This document shows, piece by piece, positions 19,498-28,800 of a DNA stretch of 64,000 nt. The position numbers were made by a program, and so were the translations under genes. The notes beneath the pieces were generated by a model. The model was given only the letters and a program-made list of their open reading frames with translations, was not told the DNA's origin and did not search any database. Source of the DNA: Candidatus Staskawiczbacteria bacterium RIFCSPHIGHO2_01_FULL_39_25. GTDB taxonomy: Bacteria; Patescibacteriota; Minisyncoccia; Minisyncoccales; Staskawiczbacteraceae. The stretch is taken from NCBI GenBank assembly GCA_001820095.1, contig MHOO01000011.1:135227-199226 (forward strand). The letters are read 5' to 3'. The first letter of the stretch is position 1, and each line of letters starts with the position of its first letter.

Positions 19498-19893
19498 TTA
19501 GCGGTTTATCTGTTCTTTTACCAGTTCAACTAATTGCATAGGGGAAATATTTGCTTTCACCAAAAATTTATCTGGTTTTATATAGCTTATGTTATGCAGG
19601 GCATCGCTGGTGTAATTACTTAAAATAAAAATAGCAATATCTTTGGTCGCCTCATTCTTTCGTAGGGCATACAGGATCTCTAACCCGTTGATGTCGGGCA
19701 ATACCAAGTCAAGCAAAACCAATGCTGGTTTTTCCCGTTTGCCTGCCTGCATTTCTTTTATTTTTTCCATAGCTTCTCTGCCCGTGGTGATCCCCTCCAC
19801 GTTAATATGAGCTGCTTTCAGGGCGGTGGTGTAAATAGCCATGATTTCCAGCTCATCCTCAATAAGAAAAACGTTATTTTTTGATGGTGTCAT
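19498..19893 (-). CDS. Single-domain response regulator (receiver domain only)
   Basis: 131 aa; CheY-like pattern (LIEDE, LVLLDLVLPDINGLE, K near the C-terminus). Confidence 0.85.
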   Translation of the reverse strand: MTPSKNNVFLIEDELEIMAIYTTALKAAHINVEGITTGREAMEKIKEMQAGKREKPALVLLDLVLPDINGLEILYALRKNEATKDIAIFILSNYTSDALHNISYIKPDKFLVKANISPMQLVELVKEQINR

Positions 19894-19981
19894 AGTGAAT
19901 ATTTTTACTATATTTCATTACATCAATTATATCATTTTTTGAAAAATCAAACAAAAACCGAGATCTAATCTCGGCAAATGT

Positions 19982-20256
19982 TGGCTCCGCAGGTAGGATT
20001 CGAACCTACGACCCGCTCCTTACACGTTGCCCCAAATTTTCAAATGGGAGTGGACTATATCTTTACCCTTGTGGGTATTTCGGTATCTAGTCTCTACGGA
20101 GCCCACGCGGCACAAAGTGCTTTGCGTGGTTCCCTCGGTATTGGCTTAGTCTTTCGACATTAGCGTTCACCGATATCCCGAAAAGTTCATTTCAAGATTT
20201 CTCTTGAAAGCTGCCTTAATCGACAGGGAGCCGCTCTACCGCTGAGCTACTGCGGA
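19982..20256 (-). tRNA. tRNA-Asn(GUU) interrupted by a group I intron in the anticodon loop
   Basis: Exons 20256-20223 and 20022-19982 join into a 75-nt cloverleaf (UCCGCAG/CUGCGGA acceptor, G73, CCA, loop CUGUUAA). Confidence 0.85.
20023..20222 (-). ncRNA. Group I intron (200 nt, no ORF)
   Basis: Exact S-element AAGATATAGTCC (complement of 20052-20063), R-like GTAGAGACTAGA (complement of 20086-20097), 5' exon ends in U opposite a GCAG guide, intron ends in G. Confidence 0.85.
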
Positions 20257-20414
20257 ATGTACTTATATATTACTAAATTATAAGAATTTTTCAATACAGG
20301 GGATAGAGAGCATTTTGGCATTCAAGCATAATCTAAAAAATCGTCAGTGTTTGCTGGTTATTTTTTTATTTAAGACTTATACTGAAAAAACAATCATCCA
20401 AAACACTTTCTCTT

Positions 20415-21515
20415 ATGGAAAATTTTTTTAACGTTGTCTCTCACTACCAAAAAATAAAATCCCTTTATTTCCGCTATGAACGGTGGCTGATGCCGGCAAC
20501 GCTGGTTATCGGTTTTTTGGTTGACTATATTACCTTCACCAACATCCAGCTCAAAATAACCCTTTCCCTGCTTTTATTCTACTGGGTAATTACGGGAGCA
20601 ACCATTGCTTTTACCAATTTCTACGATACTGGAAAACTATCGTTAAAATTCAGATACTTGCGCCTGTTTGCGCCGTTATTAATTCAGTTTACGTTTGGAG
20701 CGCTACTCGGCAGTTCAATGGTTTTTTACTGGTTTAGCGGAGCCTTTTCCATTAGCTGGCCGTTTATGGCAATCATTGCGATGCTCATGGTTTCCAACGA
20801 TGTCCTCCGGCATTATTTTTTAAAGCCCATCGTACAGATCAGCGTATATTTTTTTACCACCATATCCCTTTTTTCTATTATTCTGCCCATTCTTTTCCAC
20901 TCATTAAGCGCTTGGCTTTTTATGGCAGCGGGCGCGGCAAGCCTTGCAGTATTTTATTTTTATATCCGTTTTTTATCTTCCAGCAGAGATTATATGCGCC
21001 AGCAAAAAAAGTATTTTCTTGCTTCCATTGCTACCATATTTTTTACCATGAACGTTCTGTATTTTGCCAATATTATTCCGCCAATACCGTTAGCCTTGCG
21101 GGAAGCCGGAATGTACCATAACATCCGCGTATCTAACAGATCTTACGTGATGGCTGGCGAAGCCGAAGGGTTTTGGCAAACCTTAATCCATGGGCAAACC
21201 CTGCGCTTAAAACCAGGCGAGCGCGCGTATGTCTACACCTCTATTTTCGCTCCTGCTGAATTGCGCGCCGCCATTTTTCATCATTGGCAGCATTACGATG
21301 AAGAAAAAAAGGATTGGGTGGAGAAAGATGCACTGTCGTTTACTATTACGGGCGGCCGGAAAGAAGGCTATAAAGGATATTCTTGGGAATCTAATTTAGC
21401 GCCTGGCAGGTGGCGCATCTATGTGAAAAATTACCGAGGCCAGGTGCTTGGGATTATAAGATTCAATGTTGAAAGAACCCAAGAAGAAGTAAAGCTCCAA
21501 GAAACCATCCGGTAA
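20415..21515 (+). CDS. Polytopic membrane protein with a DUF2914-like C-terminal domain
   Basis: About eight hydrophobic helices, then a soluble beta-rich domain (GRWRIYVKNYRGQVLGIIRFNV). Confidence 0.65.
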   Translation: MENFFNVVSHYQKIKSLYFRYERWLMPATLVIGFLVDYITFTNIQLKITLSLLLFYWVITGATIAFTNFYDTGKLSLKFRYLRLFAPLLIQFTFGALLGSSMVFYWFSGAFSISWPFMAIIAMLMVSNDVLRHYFLKPIVQISVYFFTTISLFSIILPILFHSLSAWLFMAAGAASLAVFYFYIRFLSSSRDYMRQQKKYFLASIATIFFTMNVLYFANIIPPIPLALREAGMYHNIRVSNRSYVMAGEAEGFWQTLIHGQTLRLKPGERAYVYTSIFAPAELRAAIFHHWQHYDEEKKDWVEKDALSFTITGGRKEGYKGYSWESNLAPGRWRIYVKNYRGQVLGIIRFNVERTQEEVKLQETIR

Positions 21516-21681
21516 GATATTTGCGTTTTACAGACACCCGGAGTCTGAACTTTAGCAAGGACAGTCCTTGCTAGGGGTGTTCGCAGAAAATCCGCTATAG
21601 CGGATTTTCTGCGAACGAACCAACATTCATTGCGAACGAACCAACATTCATTTACATTTTTTAATTTTCAGTGCATACTAT

Positions 21682-21704
21682 AAAAACCCGCTGCGGGTTT
21701 TTTA
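21682..21704. terminator. Intrinsic terminator hairpin
   Basis: AAAAACCCGCTGCGGGTTTTTT. Confidence 0.6.
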
Positions 21705-21729
21705 ATTTCCTATAAAACGGTCCCATACC

Positions 21730-23211
21730 ATGGCTAACGAAACAATACTGCGGTTTAATAATGTTTCATTTGAATACACCGCCTCAAAAAAAATACTTGA
21801 TGAGGTTGATTTTTCGGTACGCAAAGGCGCAAAAATTACCATTATGGGGCAGAATGGGGCGGGCAAAAGCACCATATTCCAGTTGATGGCGGGCGGCTTG
21901 TCTCCGGAATCAGGCAGCGTTAATGTGGGGCAGAATATAACCATTGCCTTGGCGCGCCAGGCAGTTTTGGCTGACCAAATGGATTTAACCTTGCGCGAAT
22001 TTTTCCAGAAATCTCTTAATGAAGCCGCCTCCGCCAAGGCTTCGGCGAGCCAAAGAAAAATCTATGACATTGACCCGAAAATTGATGCTGTACTGGAGGC
22101 CGTAAATTTAACAGCTGACCACGAGAAAAAAATAAAAAGTTTTTCGGGCGGGCAGCAGGCTAGGATTCTCTTGGCTTCAGCATTAATACAAGACAGTGAC
22201 TTGCTGCTGCTAGACGAACCAACCAATAATTTAGACAAAGAGGGCATTGCCCATTTAACCAAATTTTTAGTGCAGTATAAGAAAACGGTGGTGGTCATTT
22301 CCCATGATTCTGATTTTTTAAATGCCTTTACTGACGGGGTTCTCTATTTAGACGTGCACACTAAAAAAGTGCAATGGTACCAGGGAAATTATTATGATGT
22401 GTTAGACCAAGTTGCCGCCCAAATTGAAAAAGAGGCCAGCCAAAATGCCAGGCTTTCGAAAAGCATTACTGATAAAAAAGAAAAAGCAAATTATTTTGCC
22501 AACAAAGGCGGCCGGCTTCGTCTGCTGGCCGCCAGAATGCGCGAAGCCGCCGAAGAAATGGAAGACAATAAAGTAGAAAGCAGGAAAGATGATAAAACCA
22601 TACGCCAGTTCACCATTCCGGCGCAAGAAGGTACGGGCGGGGAACTGTTGAAAATTACCAGTTTGACAGTGATAAAAAACCACCAGCCCAAAAATATAAA
22701 AGCCAATATTTCTTTATATAAGAACCAGCATTTATTAATTTCTGGCCCAAATGGAATTGGCAAAAGCACACTGCTGGAATCTTTGGTAACGGGAAACGCC
22801 AAGGGCGCCAGCATTGCGCCTGGAGTGGTGGTGGGGTACTACAAACAAGATTTTTCAACCCTTAATGTTGATGAAACAGTATACCGGGCATTTTCAAAAG
22901 TGGCGGGCGGATTAGACGAGCAGAGTTTGCGGGCTATGGCCGCGGGATTTTTAATTTCAAACGACGTATTATTTTCTAAGATCGGAAGTTTGTCAGAAGG
23001 CCAGAAAGGGCTGGTAATGTTGATGAAATTGACATTGCTAAAACCCGGCCTGCTGATTTTAGACGAACCCACCAACCACATCAACTTCAGGCATTTGCCT
23101 GTCATTGCCAAGGCCTTAGACGAGTATAAGGGGGCCATGGTATTGGTGAGCCACGTTCCTGAATTTGTGGCAAAAATCCGTATCGATGAAACGCTGGAGT
23201 TAAAAGCTTGA
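21730..23211 (+). CDS. ABC-F family ATPase (two ABC domains, no TM domain)
   Basis: Two Walker A motifs (GQNGAGKST, GPNGIGKST), two signature motifs (SGGQ, SEGQ), charged linker. Confidence 0.9.
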   Translation: MANETILRFNNVSFEYTASKKILDEVDFSVRKGAKITIMGQNGAGKSTIFQLMAGGLSPESGSVNVGQNITIALARQAVLADQMDLTLREFFQKSLNEAASAKASASQRKIYDIDPKIDAVLEAVNLTADHEKKIKSFSGGQQARILLASALIQDSDLLLLDEPTNNLDKEGIAHLTKFLVQYKKTVVVISHDSDFLNAFTDGVLYLDVHTKKVQWYQGNYYDVLDQVAAQIEKEASQNARLSKSITDKKEKANYFANKGGRLRLLAARMREAAEEMEDNKVESRKDDKTIRQFTIPAQEGTGGELLKITSLTVIKNHQPKNIKANISLYKNQHLLISGPNGIGKSTLLESLVTGNAKGASIAPGVVVGYYKQDFSTLNVDETVYRAFSKVAGGLDEQSLRAMAAGFLISNDVLFSKIGSLSEGQKGLVMLMKLTLLKPGLLILDEPTNHINFRHLPVIAKALDEYKGAMVLVSHVPEFVAKIRIDETLELKA

Positions 23212-23236
23212 CACGGCTTCTTTTATATAGTATAAT
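23208..23236 (+). promoter_or_regulatory. Sigma-70-type promoter for the helicase gene
   Basis: TTGACA (23208-13), 17-nt spacer, TATAAT (23231-36). Confidence 0.5.
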
Positions 23237-23309
23237 TAAAGTATAGCTTATTTATCACAAATTTTGAAGCCAAAAGAGTGATTCAGCGAATCACTCTTTT
23301 TTCGCGCTT

Positions 23310-24596
23310 ATGAAAAAAAATATGCAAAAAAATACGAAAATAAACGACAACAACCAGCCGCAAGAACCTGTCCTGAGCCACGATAAAGGGTTCGGCGATC
23401 TTGGCATTGATCAAAAAATTATGCAGGTTTTGGATGCCCTGCATTTTAAGGTGCCAACCCCTATCCAGCATAAGGCAATTCCCGCAGCCATTGAGGGCAA
23501 AGACATTATTGGCATTGCCCAAACAGGAACCGGAAAAACGCTGGCGTTTGGCTTGCCCATGATTCAGCTTTTAGCTCAAATGGCTGGCAAACAGGGAATT
23601 GTTATTTTGCCCACGCGCGAACTGGCGCTGCAGGTTGATGAAACGCTGCAAAAAATCGGACGCAGTTTTGGATTAAAAACCGCTGTGCTTATTGGGGGGA
23701 CGGGAATGGGGTTGCAAGTAAGCCAGCTGCAGAGATGCCCCCACATTATTATTGGAACTCCCGGCAGGATTAATGACCATCTTGAACGCAGAACATTGCA
23801 ATTTGGCAACATGGCAATTTTGGTGCTGGACGAAGCCGATCATATGTTTGATATGGGGTTTGCTCCGCAGATCCAAAAAATTATTGCATTACTGCCCAAA
23901 GAGCGCCAAACGATGCTGTTTTCGGCCACCATGCCATCAGCTATTTTAAAGATTGCCGCTGCCCATATGAGGCTTCCCGTACGCGTGGAAATTGCGCCTC
24001 AGGGAACTGCTGCCGAGCGCGTAGAGCATGAATTATTTTTTGTATCCCGAGAGCAGCGCTTGCCATTGTTGCAAAAATTATTGGCAGAATACAAAGGCAG
24101 TGTGCTGGTATTTTTGCGCACCAAACATAGCGCCCAAAAAATATGCAGGCAGCTGACAGCGGTGAATATTGGCGCGTCAGAAATCCATTCTAATAGATCG
24201 CTTAACCAGCGGCGCGCCGCATTGGATGGATTTAAGTCTGGGAGATACCGGGTGCTAGTGGCAACCGATATTGCTTCCCGCGGCATTGATGTAAAGGGAA
24301 TTGAGCTGGTGATCAACTATGATTTGCCGGAAAGCGCCTCAGATTATGTCCATAGAATTGGCAGAACGGGGCGGGCCGGTTTGACCGGAAAAGCTATTTC
24401 TTTTGCCATGCATGACCAACGCCACAAGATTAAAGAAATTGAACGGTTGATCAGATATGTCATTCCGGTTTCGCAAATGCCGGGGTTTGTGCGGGTTCCA
24501 GCACAGCCCTCCCAGCCTTATTTGCAAAAATACCGCCACGGAAATTATCATCCGCACAAAAGTAAATTCCCCAGAAAATTTTCCAAAAGGTACTAG
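23310..24596 (+). CDS. DEAD-box ATP-dependent RNA helicase
   Basis: Q motif, AQTGTGKT, DEAD, SAT, HRIGRTGR. Confidence 0.92.
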   Translation: MKKNMQKNTKINDNNQPQEPVLSHDKGFGDLGIDQKIMQVLDALHFKVPTPIQHKAIPAAIEGKDIIGIAQTGTGKTLAFGLPMIQLLAQMAGKQGIVILPTRELALQVDETLQKIGRSFGLKTAVLIGGTGMGLQVSQLQRCPHIIIGTPGRINDHLERRTLQFGNMAILVLDEADHMFDMGFAPQIQKIIALLPKERQTMLFSATMPSAILKIAAAHMRLPVRVEIAPQGTAAERVEHELFFVSREQRLPLLQKLLAEYKGSVLVFLRTKHSAQKICRQLTAVNIGASEIHSNRSLNQRRAALDGFKSGRYRVLVATDIASRGIDVKGIELVINYDLPESASDYVHRIGRTGRAGLTGKAISFAMHDQRHKIKEIERLIRYVIPVSQMPGFVRVPAQPSQPYLQKYRHGNYHPHKSKFPRKFSKRY

Positions 24597-24624
24597 TACT
24601 TTTCTGTCAGTCTGAGACCACTAA

Positions 24625-24648
24625 AAAACCGATTTTCAATCGGTTTTT
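24625..24648 (+). terminator. Intrinsic terminator after the helicase gene
   Basis: AAAACCGATT-TTCA-AATCGGTTTT followed by a T-rich run. Confidence 0.65.
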
Positions 24649-24709
24649 AATTTTTATGCTACAATAAATAATGTCCGATGTTGCGCATACTTAATCATAA
24701 AATAAATTT

Positions 24710-25351
24710 ATGGCGTATATTTTTTTAGATGAAAGTGGAGATTTAGGCTTTAATTTTGATAAAAAGGGAACCTCTAAATTTTTTATTGTAACGTTTCTTT
24801 TTATTTCTGGAAGTAAAAAACCCTTCGAAAAAATTATTAAAAAAACTCATTCAGAATTAAAGAAAAAAATAAAAAAACGGATAGGTATTTTACATGCTGT
24901 TAATGAAAAACCTACTACTCGTCAAAGATTATTGAAGAGGCTATCTGAGAAAGATTGCACAATAATGACCATTTACCTTAATAAAAGCAAAGTATTTACA
25001 AAGCTACAAGATGAAAAACAGGTGCTCTATAATTATGTAACCAATATCTTGCTGGATAGAATTTATACAAAGAGGGCAGTTAGCAACGATAAGGAAATTG
25101 AACTGATTGCTTCAAGGCACGAAACGAACAAATTTCTTAATGAGAATTTTAAAGATTACCTTCATCGAAAAGTTCGCGATAATCATAAAGGAATTATGAT
25201 GATATCCATTCGTACTCCGGCAGAAGAAAAAGTCTTACAAGCAGTCGATTTTATTAGTTGGGCGATATTTAGAAAGCATGAGAAACATGATGACAGATAC
25301 TACAATATTATTAAGAATAAAATTGTTGAAGAAAATCCTTTATATCCATAA
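24710..25351 (+). CDS. DUF3800 family protein
   Basis: N-terminal YIFLDESGD motif characteristic of DUF3800. Confidence 0.8.
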   Translation: MAYIFLDESGDLGFNFDKKGTSKFFIVTFLFISGSKKPFEKIIKKTHSELKKKIKKRIGILHAVNEKPTTRQRLLKRLSEKDCTIMTIYLNKSKVFTKLQDEKQVLYNYVTNILLDRIYTKRAVSNDKEIELIASRHETNKFLNENFKDYLHRKVRDNHKGIMMISIRTPAEEKVLQAVDFISWAIFRKHEKHDDRYYNIIKNKIVEENPLYP

Positions 25352-25715
25352 AAAAACAAAACCCCGTACGTTATTTGCGAGCAACCATCCGGAAGCCCAC
25401 GTACGAGGATTTACTTGTTACGACTTTAGTGTAGTCTATTAGATATTCTTTGTCAATAGTTTAATATAAACAGGTTAAACCTGTTTTTTTTGTTTCTGCT
25501 CGTGGAGTTAGGCTTAGCCTAGCTCCACTGGGTGTTTGTAAAAGTGTGAGTAAGGTGTGGGTAAGCGTATTAATAACTGTGTTTATAAAAACGGTAAAAA
25601 GATTGTAAAAACAATTAACGCCCCCTTAAAACTGCTGTAAAGTTATCCACATACTCTACATATATTGACAAGTTTTTTTATAGTATAATGAAAGAATTTA
25701 TATTCAAATGAAATA

Positions 25716-25792
25716 GATGCGTATCGGATAGACGATACGATTTGCATCGGGTAGGCAATGGTAATCATATCGGATAGACGATTATCATCGCC
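25716..25792 (+). promoter_or_regulatory. Two tandem hairpins that both present the 15-mer TATCGGATAGACGAT, in the leader of the giant gene
   Basis: Identical 15-mers at 25722-25736 and 25768-25782; hairpins 25716-25748 and 25754-25792; a TATAAT lies at 25684-25689. Confidence 0.4.
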
Positions 25793-25817
25793 ATAAAAAA
25801 TTTTCAAATAAAAAAAC

Positions 25818-28800
25818 GTGAAAATTAACGAAGAAAAAGCCGAAATATTTTTAGACCCTGAAGATTCTAAGAAAAAGCTGTGGGCGGCTTCAGCAGATTT
25901 AATTTCCCTGTCAGAGGCTGCCAAGTTTACGCCCTACAGCGCAGAGTACTTAAGCTATCTCGCCCGCAAAGGAAAAATTGAAGCGGTAAAACTTTCGCGC
26001 GATTGGATGACCACCAAAGAAATTGTGGTTGAGTATGTTAAAGAACAGGAAGATCGGCAAAAAAAATTATCTGAAAGATTCCAGCAAGCCGAACAGTTCC
26101 GCCACCACGCCCAAGCCGGTTTTATTGGCATGAAAATATTAGCGGTAGCCAGCGCGGCTATGATGACGGTTTCCAGCGTACTGTCTCCAACGGTTACCGA
26201 ATATAAAAATCTGGCAGAAAAAGTTTCTGAACTACCAACAAAAGTTTCTGAAATTAAAATGCCGCAGATGCCAGAGATTCCCGAAATTACCCCCGCTGGC
26301 GTAAGCCAATCAACAGTAAATTACCTTACCACCATTAGCAACGCCGCAAACAACCATGCTGAAAATTTGGCGCGATCAGCAGGCAATAATCTAGCGAACT
26401 TAAGCATCTCTGTAAATAACAAAGCTGACAACTTAGCCAGGTCAGCGGGCAACGGCCTTGCCAATTTAAACCAATCAGTAAATGACGGCCTCATTAATTT
26501 AACCAAGCCGTTAACAGCTACGTTGCAAAGTTACAACGTGGGCAACATCAGCGGACGTTACAAAGTTGAAATTCCCGCGTCCGGCACCGCTAAAAAAAAT
26601 CAACTGGCCGTAGTACCAGCAACGCCAACAGCTCCAGCCGTCAAAGATTCTGCTACCACTGCTGCCACGGCTCCCGTAGTAACTTCTAAAGCGCCAAGCG
26701 TTGATGATATTATTGCTCAAAAATTACAGCTCATGCTGGCCCAGGGCCTTCTCACCGGCCCCGCAGGGCCTATTGGCCCAACCGGTCCAGCCGGGCTTCA
26801 AGGCCCTCTGGGTCCGGCAGGCCCGCAAGGGCCGGCGGGGTCTGGCATTGTTAGCAATGGCGGCGGCAGAACGAGCGCCGTAGTTGGAACCACTTCTATT
26901 GTAACGTACATACCCGCCAATCCGCCGGTAAACAATGGAGGCTCATCAATAGCAGGTTTTACCACTCTATCAGCAGACACCTTCAACACCAAAGATGCTA
27001 CGCTTAGCGGTTCATTAGCGGTTACAGGTACTTCCACGCTGGCAAGCATAACCGCTTCAGGCGCTGTAAACCTTACGGGAACTACCACCATTGCCGCGCT
27101 TACCACGACCACCTTAAACCCGGGCTTTACGGCCGGGTCCATTGTATTCCAAGGGGCTTCTAACTTGGCTCAAGACAACGCTAACTTCTTCTGGGATGAT
27201 ACCAACAATCGGCTAGGAATTGGCACGGCTAGCCCAGGCGCATTGCTGGACGTTCGCGGCGCGGCCATTTTCAACGAAGATGGCGCTGACGCGGATTTCC
27301 GCGTTGAAGGAGATACGGATGCCAACCTTTTGTTTATAGACGCTTCCACTGATCGCGTTGGCATTGGCACGGCCACGCCTTCAGCCCTATTCAGCGTTGG
27401 TAGTGGCAGCCCCTTCCAGGTTGATTCTTCCGGCAACATTGCTTCTTCCGGAACCACCGGCGTTACACTTTCCGGGGTTGGCGCCGACCTCACGTTCACA
27501 GGTACCGGCAACCATGATGTTTCGGCTTCGTCTGGAACACTGCGGGTTGGAGCCTCAACCATCATAGGCAATGTCCAAGCCGTAGATGATACTATAGACA
27601 TTGGTACGGCAGGTGTCCGGTTTGATAAAATCTACGCCAATGAAGTCAATGCCTCCATATTGGTGGGCACCATTAGCGGCGGCAATGTTCAGGCAGAAAC
27701 GTTAAGCATTAATTCTGACAACGCCACCGCTGATACCGAGGATGCCTTTTTAGCTTTTGAGCGCGGCACGGTTACCCCCAACGCCCTCTTGCAGTGGGAT
27801 GCTACCAGCGACCTGTTTGACTTCAACTCCCGCCTAAGGCTGACTGGCACCATCCTTGGCGACCCATCAATTATCTTTAACTCTGCTACCGCCAGCGATA
27901 CTGATTATTGGATTTCCCTGCAGGAAGACGGCGCCGGAGACGATGATGACACCTTTCAAATTGGCAAGGGTACAATACCGGGGACCAGCTCTTTTGTCAC
28001 TATCAACAAAGACGGCAACGTCGGGATTGGCACCTCAACGCCGATGTCAGCAGCAGGATTTCGCAAGGGACTAGAAATTGCTGCAGAGCCGAATACGTTT
28101 ACCCCATCACTAGTACTTCGAAGCACTGCCTCCACAAGTAATAATGCACAAATCATGTTTACGGGCCCCTCAGGAAATAACTGGGCAATTGGCACCGACG
28201 TAGCAAGCGGTTCTGGATCACGGGACTTCCATTTTTATGATCTGAACTCCTTAACGCTGAAGATGGTTGTACAGAGTAGTACTGGAAACGTCGGGATCGC
28301 TGACTCCTCTCCCGACGACCTCCTGAACATCCACTCCGCCTCCGCCGCCGCAGGGATGGCGATCACCAGCCTCGGCACCGACACCGACCCGTATATCAAG
28401 TTCGAGCTTGCAGATGGCACTCCCACCTTCACCATGGGCGTGGACGACTCGGACAGCGACAAATTCAAGATCAGCACGACGGCGCTGGGGACGAGTGATC
28501 GGTTGGTGATTGATTCGAGTGGAAATGTGGGCATCGGAGACACCTCCCCCGACGACCTCTTAAACATCCACTCCGCCACTGCCGCCGCAGGATTAGCGAT
28601 CACGAGCCTCGGCACCGACACCGACCCGTATATCAAGTTTGAACTCGCGGACGGCACCCCCACCTTCACCATGGGCGTGGACGATAGCGATTCTGACATG
28701 TTCAAGATTAGCACCACCGCCTTAGGAACAAGCGACCGGTTGGTCATTGATTCGAGCGGGAATGTAGGCATTGGCGATACCTCACCCGACGACCTATTAA

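Noticed and set aside
19978-20163. 61-aa + strand ORF
   Set aside because: It lies antisense to the tRNA-Asn 3' exon and the group I intron, so it is spurious.
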